This document shows positions 12,543 to 25,483 of a DNA stretch of 64,000 bases, piece after piece (position 1 is the first letter of the stretch; each line of letters begins with the position of its first letter). The notes beneath the pieces are model-generated. The model was not told the DNA's origin and made no database searches. It was given only the letters and a program-made list of their open reading frames with translations. The stretch covers positions 7,151,416 to 7,215,415 of the forward strand of contig NC_057749.1 in NCBI RefSeq assembly GCF_004010195.1, written 5' to 3'. The position numbers and the translations under genes are program-made. The DNA comes from Chiloscyllium plagiosum. Lineage: Eukaryota.

Positions 12543-12846
12543 ATTAGATTCCCTACAGTGTGGAAACAGGCCCTTCGGCCCAACCAGTCCACACCGACCC
12601 TCCAAAGAGCAACCCAACCAGACCCATTTCCCTCTGACAAATGCACCTAACATTATGGGCAATTTAGCATGGCCAATTCACCCGACCTGCACATCTTTTG
12701 GATTGTGGGAGGAAACCGGAGCACCCGGAGGAAACCCACGCAGACACAGGGAGAAAGTGCAAACTCCACACAGACTGAGGCTGGAATCGAACCTGGGTCC
12801 CTGGCGCTGTGAGGCAGCAGTGCTAACCACTGAGCCACTGTGCTGT
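12543..12846 (-). mobile_element. HE1-type V-SINE
   Basis: Tail, V-domain and head. Inserted into a family B SINE that resumes at ~13060-13325. Confidence 0.92.
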
Positions 12847-13339
12847 CTTCTGAGGTTCCAATTGGCAACTGGTGGAAATCAAATCCAGAAAGTTGTCTAA
12901 AGGGGCTCGTATGGCACAATGGTGGTGCCCTCACCTGTGAGTTCAAGCTTCACCTGTTCCTGAGTGTTTCTTATTTCCTTTCATGGGACGTGGGTATTGC
13001 CAATTGGCCTAGCATTTACTGCCCATCCCTAGTTGCCCTTGAGAAGGTGGTGGACAACCTTCATGGCAGATGATGGAATTTGAATTCAATTTTTAAAAAT
13101 CTGAAATTAAGAACCTACTGACGACCATGAAATCATTGTTGATTGTCATAAAAATCCACCTGGCTCACTAATGTCCTTCAGGGAAGGAAACCGGCCATCC
13201 TCACCTTGTCTGCCCGACATGTGACTCCAGTCAGGCAGGAATGTGTGTGACTCTCAGCTGTCCTCTGGCAATGAATGCTGGCCTAGCCAGCATTGCCCAC
13301 ATCCTGTGAGCGAATTAAAAAGAAACTGTGATCCACAAT

Positions 13340-14100
13340 GCCATTATGGAGGGAATTCCATGAATTTGACCCAGTGACAGTGAAAGAATGGTGATATTAG
13401 ATTTAGATTACTTACAGTGTGGAAACGGGCCCTTCGGCCCAACAAGTCCACACCGACCCGCTGAAGCGCAACCTACCGAGACCCATTCCCCTACACCTGA
13501 CACTACGGGCAATTTAGCACGGCCAATTCACCTAACCTGCACATTTTTGGATTGTGGGAGGAAACCGGAGCACCCGGAGGAAACCCACGCAGACACAGGG
13601 AGAATGTGCAAACTCCACACAGTTGGAGTCGCCTGAGGCGGGAATTGAACCCGGGTCTGTGGCGCTGTGAGGCAGCAGTGCTAACCACTGTGCCACCGTA
13701 TTTCCAAGTCAGGATAGTGAATGGCTTGGAGTGGAACTTGTCGGTGGTGGTGTTCCAATGTAGCAGCTGCCCTTGTCCTTCCAGAGGGAAGTGGTTGGTT
13801 GGCTTGGGAGGTGCTAAGGAAACTGGTGAATTTCTGTAGTGCATCATGTAGATGGTACATGCTGCTGCTACTCAGTGCCAGTGGTAAAGGAAGTTTGTGG
13901 ATGTGGTGCAAATCGAACTGATGCTGGATAGTGTCATGTTTCTTGAGTGTTGTTGGAGCTGCCCCCATTCAGACAAGTGGGGAGCATTCCATCACACCCC
14001 TGACTTTGTGGCTTGTAGATGGTGGGCAGAATTTGGGGAGGCAGGAGATGAGCTATTTGCTGCAGTACTCCTACCCTCTGACCTGCTCTTGTAGCCACTA
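13340..14100 (-). mobile_element. CR1/L2-group LINE (second family) 3' fragment, interrupted by HE1
   Basis: Reverse complement of the 18070-18460 motif (tatttccaagtcaggatagtga...cccttgtccttc). Confidence 0.8.
13397..13698 (-). mobile_element. HE1-type V-SINE (near consensus)
   Basis: Intact tail, V-domain and head. Confidence 0.92.
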
Positions 14101-14289
14101 TATTTATGATTTGATCTCTTCCCCAAGCAAAAAAAAATCACCATTTTGAACAGTCAGAACATAAGACAGAGCCAGAACCAAGTGTGGAGGGTCACCATAT
14201 ATCTAGATTATATGATACCCTTGACAAGCAAAGTAGTCTACTTCTGAGCAAGCCAGCAAATGTACAAGCCTCAAAGTCCAGTTGTCTGA

Positions 14290-14730
14290 CAGGGTTGGAG
14301 GATTTGAGCTATAGGGGTGTTTTCCCTGGAGCGTCGGAGGCTGAGGGGTGACCTTATAGAGGTTTATAAAATCATGAGGGGCATGGGTAGGGTAAAGAGA
14401 CAAAGTCTTTTCCCTGCGATGGGGGACTCCAGAACTAGAGGGTATAGGTTTAGGGTGAGAGGGTAAGATATAAGAGAGACTTAAGGGGCAACTTTTTTCC
14501 ACATAGAGGGTGGTACGTGTATGGAATGAGCTGCCAGAGAAAGTGGTAGAGGCTAGTACAATTGGAACATTTAAAAAGCATCTGGATTGGTAAATGAATA
14601 GGAAGGCTTTGGAGGGATATGGGCCAGGTGCTGGCAGGTGGGACTAGATTGGGTTGGGATATCTGGTCAGCATGGACGGGTTGGACCAAAGGGTCCGTTT
14701 CCGTACTGTATATCTCTATGACTCTATGAC
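14290..14730 (+). mobile_element. HER1/CR1 LINE 3' end
   Basis: ggaggctgaggggtgaccttatagagg...ctctatgactctatgac. Confidence 0.9.
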
Positions 14731-15662
14731 CCCTTTAACTGTAAAAGTGAATGACCTCTGCTGTTGGGTTAAACTGCAAACTAAACACATAGACCACGGT
14801 TGAAGCTTCACACAAGGCAACTGCATTGCGATTAATCAAGAGAAAACAGATCATGTTGTACCTCTCAACCTGACCAGATTGACTGTTTAACAAACATAAC
14901 TGTCCTGAGAGAAGTCAAGTATAAATTTTGGGCTCAGTGTTTGACCACTGGTAACGTGGGATGCGCATTTGGAGCAGAAATACATATGTGGCTAAAGGCT
15001 TGAAGCTCAAGCCATCTTGAGGGTTAGTCATTATCTACAAGAGATTGGAGAGGGTTCTTCATTGTCCCTATGGAAGCCTTCACATCCTGCTACAAGAGAT
15101 ACTACAAAAGGGGACTAAAGGATTGCACAAAGACATGACCTTTAGGGAGCAGGAAGGACAGGGAGAGCTTGAGGTTTAGAAAGGCAACTGCGAAGCTTAG
15201 AGCATGGATAGCTGTGGGTGGTGGCTGTCAATATTAGGCAGAGGGAAACCAGGGATATTCAAGAGATTGGAGCTGGATGGGGAGGCGGGGACTTAAGAGA
15301 ATTTTAGGACTAGTGGAGCTTACAGGGACAGGGAAAAGGATATGGGGGTTGTCAAGGGTTTGGGGTAGGAGTTGGGGTGTGGGAGAAGATGGCAGTTGCA
15401 AAAACATCCCTCAATCAAATCATTCCACCTTGTTTGGGAGTTTCTTGTGTACAAAGCAGCTTGCTTTTGCACCAAAGTGATTACAGTGTAAAGTACTTTG
15501 CTAAGGTCCTATACCAACACCAACTTATCTTGCAAAACATTTAAAGGGAATGATAGGGTCAAGATGTTTCCCCTGGTTGCGGAGTCTCAGCACAGGGGGC
15601 ACAATGTAAAAATAAGTGGGATGCCCCTTTTGTCCAGCATGAAGAGAAATTATTTTACTCAG

Positions 15663-16160
15663 AGTGATAGAGCCATACAGCTTGGAGACAGACCCTTCAG
15701 TCCAACCAGTCCATGCTGACCATAATCCCAAAATAAACTAATCCCACCTGCCAGCGCTTGGCCCATATCCCTCCAAACCTTTCTTTTTCATGTACTTATC
15801 CAAACGTCTTTTAAATGTTGCAACCATACTTACATCCACCACTTCCTCTGACAGTTCATTCCATACACAATACACCCTGAGTAAAAAAAAATTTGCCCCT
15901 CGTCTTTTTAAAATTTTTCTCCTCTCACCTTAAAAATATGCCCTATAGTCCCAACCGTGGGAAAAGACACCTGCTATTCATCTTCCCTATGTCCCTTGTG
16001 ATTTCATAAACCTTTATAAGGTCACCTTTCAACTTCCTATGCTCCAGTGAAAAACGTCTCGGCCTATCCAGCCTCTCCCTATACCTCAAATCCTCCATTC
16101 CTGGCAACACCACGGTAACTCAGTTCTGAACCCTCTCTAGTTTAATAATATCCTTCCTGT
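15663..16160 (-). mobile_element. HER1/CR1 LINE 3' end nested in an older + strand CR1 tail (15540-16375)
   Basis: Reverse tail motif; the flanks continue a CR1 tail (gaaattattttactcagag...ttttgaattttcta). Confidence 0.8.
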
Positions 16161-16496
16161 AGCAGTTTGAACTTTTGAATTTTTCTATTACAGTGGGTAA
16201 TGGAGGCGTAGTCTTTCATTATATTTTAAGTTGAGAGCGATAGATTTCTGATTAGTAGTAGGGTACAGGGTTATGGGGATTGGATGGGTAAAAGGCATTG
16301 AAGTGTTCAATCAGTCGTGATCATGGAGCAGAATCGATGGGCTGGATGGCTTCCTCCCCTCTCCGTGCCCATGATATCTAAAGCAACTTGGTTGTCTCTG
16401 GGTTTCTGCAGACAAAGAAGAACAAAACTTTCTTTGAAATGACAGAGGGAAGTAACCATCACAAGTCCCTCAAAAACCCAGCTTCTATTGCCAGTT

Positions 16497-16543
16497 GAGA
16501 GCGAGAGAGAGAGAGCGAGAGAGAGAGCGAGATAGAGAGAGAG
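16497..16543. repeat. (GA)n microsatellite
   Basis: Imperfect GA run. Confidence 0.9.
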
Positions 16544-18069
16544 GTTACGCACTCCAGTGCAAGGAATTTCGAAAGACCTCTGAGAAGGGAGAAGTGTGAT
16601 CTGTGCTGAATAACAAACTAAAGCCTTGGCGTCAGGTACTTCTTCACGTCTGGTCTCTGTCTTCTGAGGGAATGCTGCCTTGCCATCTCTGCATTGCAAT
16701 CATGCCAGTAAGACAGCTGTGATTCAGTGCATTAATAAACAGCTAACAAATAGGTTGCATAATGCACTTTTTAAGTGTGGAGTTGGGTTGGGAAGCCGGG
16801 GGGGGTGCAGGTCACTGGTGGTGGGGGAGGGGGGGTTGGAGGCTGGTGTGCCTAATTGTTTCACGGGGTGGCACATGTCATGTTTAATTTGCGGGGTGCC
16901 CATTATTTCCCAGTTCCAGCGCATTTATTTTCCGTCCATGAGCATTCAAAATACACTATTAAAATCTGTCACCTTGCCAAATTACTTTCCATAAATCATC
17001 TGCTGCCCGTCTGATCTGGGTGAAAAAGCAAAAATCTTCTGGGTGACCTTCAGTTAAAGGGCCGAGGTTGCAAACAGTTGCAAAAAAACAGCTTGTTCAA
17101 TGGGTGGTTAAAAGTAAAGCAAGTCAGAAATGTAACCTTGGGCTCATTATGCAAGGTTCATTTGCATATAAATTAGAATATCATTGGAGGCACGAAGCAC
17201 TACCTGCATTGGTGATCCAAGACTTGTCAGGCCCACAGTTGAGGCCTGCTCTTCTGCTGGTGCCCAACAATTTATAATAATTTAATGTCTTTCATTAATC
17301 ATCATTTATTTTTGCCTGTTTGCATCAGTGCTGTGTATTACCAGCTCACGTCTGCCATGAATGTACACTGAATGTGCCTCTGACAAAGCCATATTAGCCC
17401 GTGCCTCACCAAGCATTAGTTTACATGATCAGTTAATGTAATAAAAATTTCAATTTTCACCTGAACATAAATCAAAATCAGATCCACTTTACAATACTGT
17501 AAAACTTCCCAGGGATCTCGAAGGGCTAATATCGCTACAGACGCAACCCTACACTGTTGACAACAGAAAATGCCACATCTTTAAAAAAAAAATCTAAGGT
17601 TTGTATGGCTGCAGTCAACTCCATCACCAAGTGAAATGTTTGGCTGCTTTCTCCTATCTCCCTCTTCTTGTTAACTTGATGGCCTCTCCTGGCTTTGAGG
17701 TTCAGTGATGAGAAAGGAAAATGCACACAGTCTTGGAGCCAGTGGTAAAAATATATGTTGGGGTTTGGGTATGCGTTCGGGTGCTTGAGCTTGTTTGTCT
17801 CTGGGGCAGATTGCAGATATTGGCTTGGTATGAAATCTGAGGTTGTCCAATTCAATATAGGTGAGACGGAGGTGAAAGTAGATCCAAAGAACTGATTGCC
17901 CCAACTGTGCTCTTTTAAGAGCTGCTTCAATTCTGTCTGTGAATAGGAGGGCTGTTGTCATGATTGGAACGAGGGCTGGGTGGATTTCATTGACTATGAA
18001 ATCCCTGATTAGGGCTGTTAACCTGGGCCAATTGGGTAGCCCTGAGTGACAGACACAGCACTCCACAGC

Positions 18070-18460
18070 GACCCTCAGTAGCAGCAATGTGTACCATCTC
18101 CGAGATGCACTGCAGAAATACACCAAACCTCCTCAGACAGCAGCTTCCAAACCCATGACCACTTCCATTGAGAAGGACAAGGGCAGGGGATACCTGGGAA
18201 AACCACTATCTGCAAGCTCCTCTCCAAACCACTCACCGTCCTGACTTGGAAATATATCGCTGTTCCTTCATTGTCACTGAGTCACAATCCTGGAATTCCC
18301 TCTCTAAGGGCATTGTGGGTCAACCCACAGCAGGTGGACTGCAGCAGTTCAAGATGGCAGCTCACCACCACTTTCTCAAGGGCAACCAGGGATGGGCAAT
18401 AAATGCGAACCCAGCCAGTGACACCCGGATCCCACATCCCACAAATCATTTAAAAAATAT
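18070..18460 (+). mobile_element. CR1/L2-group LINE (second family) 3' end
   Basis: SFIVTESQSWNSL...FKMAAHHHFLKG C-terminus, followed by the agggatgggcaataaatgc tail. Confidence 0.85.
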
Positions 18461-19199
18461 GTAAACAGGAGATTCGAAAGATCTCCTCCATCGAGGGACG
18501 GGCTTTGTGCTGCGTGGTTACAGCCCATGTGCAGTGCACATGTAAATAAAGGATGACTTGGTGACAGGTTACCAGACTTTGTGTAGCTATATTAGTTGCC
18601 AAGACTGTCTTAGATCCTCCAGATATTGCAGCCTGATCTCCAGTGCAGTGCTTACGGGAGGGAAAAGTTGATTAGAATTTCTGGGCGCTTTGTAAAACAT
18701 GTCATTTGAACCCTTCTGTTTATTACCTCACAACTGGAGATGGGTAGACCAAACACACAGATGTGGTCTGCTTTGTGGAACATCTCCATCCAGTTCCCAG
18801 CTGTAAAGGTGGAGATATTGGACAATCAAATTAGGGAGTGAAGCAGTGGGAGATAGAGAGGGTTGGCAATGTCATGAACACCAACAAGGGCCATCAACCC
18901 AAGGAAGCGGCCTGGTACTATTCTGAGTTCAATTCACAGCTTGAACACTGCCTATAACTTTCCATCAGTCCCTGACCCCTTGGTTAATGGGAGGCAGGTA
19001 ATAGGAATTTGGTCTTGCTCAGAGCTGTCTGGAGCAAAGCAGATTGTGGGTGAACGTCATGGGCTGTTCCCCGTTCCTGACTATGCAATACTCATGACAA
19101 ATGAAGCATTTCACCTTTCCAGTTTATCGCTCAGAGCTATAAGGTCCTCAGAGGGGGTAAATGAGAAAGGCAGCATCCCTCTCTGAGCTTTGCCATGTA

Positions 19200-19475
19200 T
19201 TAGAGTCAGAGAGACATACAGCATGGAAATAGACCCTTCAATCCAACTCAGCCATGCTGACCAGATATCTTAAATTAATCGAGTCCCATTTGCCAGCAGT
19301 TGGCACATATCCCTCTCAATCCTTCCTATTCATGTACCCATCCAGATACCTATTAATTGTTGCAATTGTACCAGCCTCCACCACTTCCTCCAGCAGCTCA
19401 TTCCATGCACGCACCACTCTCTGAATGAGAAAGTTGCTTAGATCCCTTGTAAATCTTGCCCCTCTCACTTTAACA
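19200..19475 (-). mobile_element. HER1/CR1 LINE 3' end
   Basis: Same motif as 1355-1747. Confidence 0.85.
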
Positions 19476-19689
19476 TTCTTCTTGTTGAGAATCAGGCAGG
19501 ATGGCTGCTATAGGGAAGGTAATGAGTTTGCACAGTCGAGTTGAAGTCGTACCCTATATCACTGGTAATAGTTATGTTACTTTGCTTGCTTGTAACTGAC
19601 CCTGTGCTTTATGTTAATCACATTTTAAAAAACTAACATCAAAGTGTTTAGTTGGTCATATCATCTTGGAGTTGGAGCCAACCTAAGTT

Positions 19690-19960
19690 AACATACGAAC
19701 GAAGGTGCTGCATTGTTAGAGACGCTGTCCTTCTTTAAAAAGGCAAGGTAGATATTAAAGGTTTCAGGCTCATGTGAAGAAAACAATGATCTTGTATCCC
19801 GGACTTACTTCACCAACACTGCTCAAAATAGCTTCATCTCAGTGTTTATCTTAATGACTGTTACTGTTGCCTTGCTGCATGTAAAATGACTCCCAAAACA
19901 ACAGGCATGATACTTTAGAGGTTTTATTTAAATCGCAGTTTTGAGATGTGATAAGCTGCA
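19690..19960 (+). mobile_element. DeuSINE remnant (highly diverged)
   Basis: gtgctgcattgttagaga...ccttgctgcatgtaaaatgact pattern. Confidence 0.5.
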
Positions 19961-21169
19961 TTATAAACTTTAAAGAAAAATTAATTTACGATCAAATTAT
20001 CACATTCATTACTAATATTGCCAAAAGTTCAATGCTGATGAGAGGTGGAATCAAAGAGTTTTGTTATAATGAGAGGTTCATAATAACAATTTATCACAAT
20101 AGAAGGTTAACAATAAAGAGAAGTTGTCGGCATGGCGTTTATTAGCAGTTTATAACAATAAGTTGTACTAATGAGACGTTGGTAATAGATTTTGGTAGAA
20201 TGGTAATTTTTTAATAACAGGCTGGGTTTGCAATGCAGTCACAAAAATGATTTGTAATAATGAGGCTGGAACTTACAGTTGCCAGTAGAAAAAGGCTTAA
20301 CACGCTTGTGTGATATTCCGAAGTCTGTAATTTTAACACAGATGTTGACCCATTTATTTAAAATAGGCTAGCACTCGTCAAATAGAGAAAAAGGTCAGAC
20401 AAACACATTAAGCGTTTGTTCACGAATATCACTCACACTAATGTTTAATCTATGGAGTCTATAATAGAATTTGTTCTGTGAAGATTCTGTTATCCCTTCT
20501 CCCCTTCATTCAAATTATCTGATATGTTCCAATTTCTTTTGAACATTAGAACCCCACTTTACAGTGTTATTTATATGATGCTGTTTTGTCAGAAAGGAGG
20601 TATCATGGGGACATTGCAAGGGTGGATTCGGCCACAGACTGTGTAACCCATTACCCTCTAGATGAGAGAGTGATTGACAAGTATATTCTGTCTGGGATGG
20701 CTGAAGGAATCCTAGAGGAATTGAGACAGGTGACCAAGCCAGAGACACAGCCCTGCTCCACTTATGGGTGGCTTTACTCAAACCAGCTCCCTATCCCAAA
20801 GGAGCAAATGTTCTCCAAAGTGTGACTGATTGAAAGGCTGTGGCATTGTGAGATGGTTCACTGGCTTTCCAAGGGGCAGGCTAATGACTGTTCTGCTTCT
20901 TCTCAAAGTGGCTTCTCCCATTTCCAGGAGGGTCTTCTGCTCCATTGAAAGGGCTCGGATGTTCATCAGTCAACCTTGCCCATCATTTGGATTGAAAGCA
21001 GTATTCCCTTGAAGCTGCCTGACTCTCCAGTTCTCCATGGGTCCACCTTTGACAATTGGTGTATTAACACCGTGCCGAAGTATAGACATCTGGATTCTTG
21101 GCTGCTGCTGTGCACAGACCGTGCACATCCATGCAGCGGCTGCAGGAATTACAAGGAATGTAGCTAAAG

Positions 21170-21830
21170 TCCATAAGGCTCAGGAGTTGAGTCAAGCCAT
21201 TCAGCCCATCGACTCTGCTCCATCCATTCGATGAGATCATGACTGATCTGCCACCCTCAAATCCACTTTCATGCCTATACACCATATGCCTTGGTTCCCT
21301 TCCTGATTAAAAAAAACTCTCTTTCTCAGCTTTGAATACACTTCGTGACTCTGCAGTAAATAATTCCATAGATTCAGTTGCCCCTGAGAAAATTTTTTTT
21401 TTCTTAAAGAGGTGGCCCTTTATGCCAAGGAGAAACAACTTTCCACATCTATCTTGTCAACTCCCCAAAGAATGTTGGATGTTTCAATAAAGTCATGTCC
21501 AGCGTTTCCTTTAATTTTCTTTGTGACCACATGGACTTCTGAGCATGGCAGTTTGCATGGAATCTTGGGTAGGGAGGGGTTTTGGTCACCTCTCCATCTT
21601 CTAAACTCCAATGAGTACAGGCACAAGCTACTCAAACTCTCCTCATAAGACAGTCCATCCATATCTGGATCAGCTGAGCAAACCTTCTTTGGACTGTCTC
21701 CATGGCAGGATATCTTTCCTCAGAGAAAGGGAGGAAACCTGTTCACAGTATTCTACGTCTGGTTTGACCAGTGCCTTGTATAGTTTGAGCAGAATCTCTC
21801 TTTTGTTTCTAATCGCTTCCTTTTGAAATG
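21170..21830 (-). mobile_element. CR1 LINE 3' fragment
   Basis: Minus-strand LLKLYKALVKPDVEYCEQV and LSYEESLSSLCLYSLEFRR. Confidence 0.85.
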
Positions 21831-22494
21831 AAGGCAAGTGGGGTTCCAGGCTATTGAGCATTGGACGAATTGATAGTTCGGGATTTATTCTCCTTGCATT
21901 TTTGCTCTGATTCTGATACACACTTGACCTCAAAGGACATCATATAATTTTTGTATTTGGTTGCGCTGGGTGGAGTGTTTCGGAGTGAGCTACATCTCTA
22001 TTCTACAGGTATACTTGTAGGTCAGTACATTAGCTCTCTCCAATGTAAGATGCCTGACGAATATACAAAGTTGTTGTTAGACAATGGTTACCAAACTGCC
22101 AATCATCTTACTGCCTGTAACTCATATTCACAAGACAAAAACAAGAATTGGAATTGGCTGGAAGTTAATCTCATCGAAATACAATTGCTGGCATCTTAAA
22201 CCACAGGAGTTTCAGGGACATACAGGATTCTCTTGCCACTCCAAGGGGTTATAATATTTGCAAACAGCAATATTCACAGATTGAAGTGCAATGTCAACAA
22301 TAACACATTTATTTGTAGTAAATATTTCCATGAGTAAATGTCTCAAAAAGCTTTGAAGTAACTGTATGGAGACCCAATGAGGTTTGCAGAGATGCTGGAT
22401 ATGTTGGAATGTAAAGGATAATCATATCCCACCTAAGTCATGGATTTGAAACTGTTCTCATTTTATTTCGCTGTGCATTGTCGGTGTAGGTGTA

Positions 22495-23180
22495 CAGGAA
22501 CAGGAATAGGCCATTCAGCCCTTTGAGCCTGTTTCCAGATTCAATAAGATCATGACTGACCTGTAGCCTAATTGCCTTTGGCCCATATCCCTTAATATCT
22601 CTGGTTAACCAAAAAATTACCTATCACAGATTTAAATTGAACAACTGATCCTGCATCCACTGCCATTTTTGCAAGAGTATTCCAAAACATTTACCACCTT
22701 TTGTGCGTTGAAGTCATTCCTAACATCACTCCTGAACAGTCTGGCCCTAATTCTCAGACCATGTGCCCTCATTCTAGAATCACCAACCAGTGGACATAGT
22801 TGATTTTTGTCTACCATCTTTTCATGTTAATATCTTGAACACCTTCATCAGACCTTCACCATTGGTTGACTTTGAACTGCCCTCTGGGCAATTAGAGATA
22901 GCCAATAAATGCTGGCTTGGTCAGCGATGGCCTCATCTCATGAATGAAGTTTTAAAAATTCACCCCATGACCTTCTAAATTCAAACAAAAACAGGCCTAA
23001 TTTCTACAATCCCTCCTCATAACTAAATCCTTGAAGTCCAACTGTCATTCTTGTAAACATACATTGTACCTCTGCCAAGGCCAACCTTAGGTGTGGCCCA
23101 GATCTGCTCACAGTACTCCAAGTGGGGTCTAACCAGCGTTTAGTATAAATCAACACACCTTCTGCATCCTTATGCTCCAA
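22495..23180 (-). mobile_element. CR1 LINE 3' fragment
   Basis: Minus-strand ...VQCMFTRMTVGLQGFSYEE and tail aataggccattcagccc. Confidence 0.8.
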
Positions 23181-23310
23181 TCCTGATGAAGGGCTTTTGC
23201 CGAAACGCGATTTTCCTACTCCTCGGATGCTGCCAGACCTGCTGTGTTTTTCTAGCACCACTTTCATCAATGACTCTGATCCACAGCATCTGCAGTACTC
23301 ACTTTCGCCT
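23181..23310 (+). mobile_element. PLE terminal repeat, family A, sense arm only, starting at the hammerhead core
   Basis: tcctgatgaagggcttttgccgaaacg...ctcactttcgcct; matches 43541-43668. Confidence 0.85.
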
Positions 23311-23329
23311 AATTGTACACAGTACTGAA

Positions 23330-23645
23330 TTGGTCATATCACTAAACCAGTAATGCAGAACCCCAGGCTAACATTCTACAGACACGGGTTCAAACCCTAT
23401 CATGACAAATGTTGAAATTTGCATTCAATAAGAATCTGGAATAAAAATGACCACATATCCAGTGACGACTGTTGAAACAATTTATCTGGTTTACTTCTCT
23501 CGGGGGAAGGAAATTTGCTGACCTTACCTGGTTTGGACTACATGTGACTTCAGATCCACCGGCTGACCTATAACTGCTCTCTGGGCAATTTAGAAAGGGT
23601 AGTACATGCTGGCCTAGCTATATCCCAAAGAGAAATAAAAAAAGG
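23330..23645 (+). mobile_element. tRNA-derived SINE, family B
   Basis: gggttcaaacc B-box, ggaaggaaatttgctgaccttacctgg core, LINE-like tail. Confidence 0.7.
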
Positions 23646-23954
23646 TTCATTTATTAATTTCTGAAATTATTATCACCAGCGAATACAGTCAGTTTAGAAT
23701 AAATCAAAGCTGCCTTTGGATGTCTCATAAAGAACTGAATTATTAAAAACTGGGAAATTCAGTAATGCCGACAACAACATAAGACATGCAAGTAACAAAC
23801 CCCTTGCATGCAGTCATTGCCCTAGCCCTGTCAGGTGGATGGAAAAGACCTGATGGCACTACGTCGAAAAAGTTTAAGGGAGTTCTGCTTTGTTTCTTGG
23901 CCAATATGTATCCCCTCAACCAACACCACTAAAACAGATCTTGTTATTTCACTA

Positions 23955-24400
23955 AAACTAGGGGGCATAGCCTCAAAATAAGCAGGAGACTGGAAGAACA
24001 CAGCAAGCCAGGCAGCATCAGGTGGTGGGGAAGTCAACATTTTGGGTGTAACCCTTCTTCAGGACTTGGAGAATCTACCTTGGATTCCGGCATCTGCAGT
24101 TTTCTTTTTGTCTCAAACTAAGGGGGAGCAGATTTAGGACTGAGTTGAGGAGGAACGTCTTCACCCAAAGAGTTGTGAATCTGTGGAATTCACTGCCAGT
24201 GAAGCAGTTGAGGCTACATTGTTGAATGTTTTTAAGGCAAAGATAGATAGAATTTTGAAAAGTAAAGGAAGTAAGAGTTATGGTGAACGGGTGGGTAAAT
24301 GCAGCTGAGTTCACAAAAAGATCAGCCATGAGCTTATTAAATGGGTGGAGCAGGTTCAAAGGGCCAGATGGTCTATTCCAGCTCCTATTTCTTATATCAG
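23955..24400 (+). mobile_element. CR1 LINE 3' end containing a collapsed PLE fold-back (23983-24111)
   Basis: TSD ctcaaa(a/c)taag at 23972-23982 and 24112-24122. Confidence 0.8.
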
Positions 24401-24419
24401 AACTTGTTGTATGTAAATT

Positions 24420-24737
24420 GATTAGATTAGATTCCCTACGGTGTGGAAACAGGCCCTTTGGACCAACAAGTCCACACCGACCCTCCGAAGAGTATCCCAA
24501 CCAGACCCATTTCCCTCTGACTAATGTACCTTACACTACGGGCAATTTAGCATGGCCAATTCACCCGACCTGCACCTCTTTGGACTGTGGGAGGAAACCA
24601 GAGAACCAAAGGAAACCCAAGCAGACACAGGGAGAACATGCAAACTCCACACAGACAGTCGCCTGAGGCTGGAATTGAAGCCAGGACCCTGGTGTTGTGA
24701 GGCAGCAGTACTAACCACTGAGCCACCGTGCTGCCCT
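24420..24737 (-). mobile_element. HE1-type V-SINE
   Basis: Full tail, V-domain and head. Confidence 0.92.
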
Positions 24738-25277
24738 TAAATCAAGCATTGAATTTCCCTCAATACAATAATGACTACATTGTCCAGAAAACCCTTTGGG
24801 GTTTCCTAAAGGTGCAACAAATCTTTTATAAATAAAACACCTCTACTTATTTTTCTTTTAATGTTGGGAAAATGGTGCACAAAGTCATTGAAATTATTGG
24901 ATAATTTGAATGAAGCACTTTTGCATTTGTTACCAATTGTAGTTTCTAACTGGGATTGAAGTTACAATCCTGGATGTACTTTTACATTCATACCAAAGTA
25001 GAAACATTTCACCAGGTGGAAAATCTTTAATGGTTTTACTTAATAAAACTCATTTTGACCATGTAAAAATCTCTCTTGTTAGAGGGTCAATGATGAGCCT
25101 AGAACCTGCAATTGTTTCTTTAGAACCTAAGTGCAAACATCACGATTACCCTGCGTTTGAAGGCAAGGTAGGATTTTGTCTAATATTGTTTGTACAGAAA
25201 GTCGTCTTTTCCGTTGAAATGGAGGTCCATTTTTAATGAGTCATCAGATTTCAGAAAAGCTCCCAACAATACACACA

Positions 25278-25483
25278 GGAGAAAGTGAGGTCTGCAGATG
25301 CTGGAGATCAAAGTTGAAACTTTATTGCTGGAACAGCAGAGCAGGTCAGGCAGCATCCAGGGAACAGGAGATTCGACGTTTCGGGCACAGGCCCTTCCTG
25401 AAGAAGGGCCTGTGCCCGAAACGTCGAATCTCCTGTTCCCTGGATGCTGCCTGACCTGCTGTGCTGTTCCAGCAATAAAGTTT
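25278..25483 (-). mobile_element. Fold-back PLE terminal-repeat insertion, family A
   Basis: 85 bp arms (25313-25397 and 25403-25487, 1 mismatch); 14 bp TSD caacaatacacaca (25264-25277, 25484-25497); hammerhead core at 25395-25428 (+). Confidence 0.9.

Noticed and set aside
17535..18126. Overlapping 131 and 151 aa minus-strand ORFs
   Set aside because: The longer one begins inside a LINE fragment; no motif or splice support.
20228..20252. Partial resemblance to mature miR-153
   Set aside because: Several mismatches and no pairing arm.
19950..20490. Stretch with repeated ataac/ttataa motifs, possibly a decayed mariner/Tigger element
   Set aside because: No termini or TSD identifiable.
22406..22425. 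tggaatgtaaag resembles the miR-1/206 5' end
   Set aside because: 3' half differs and there is no precursor hairpin.
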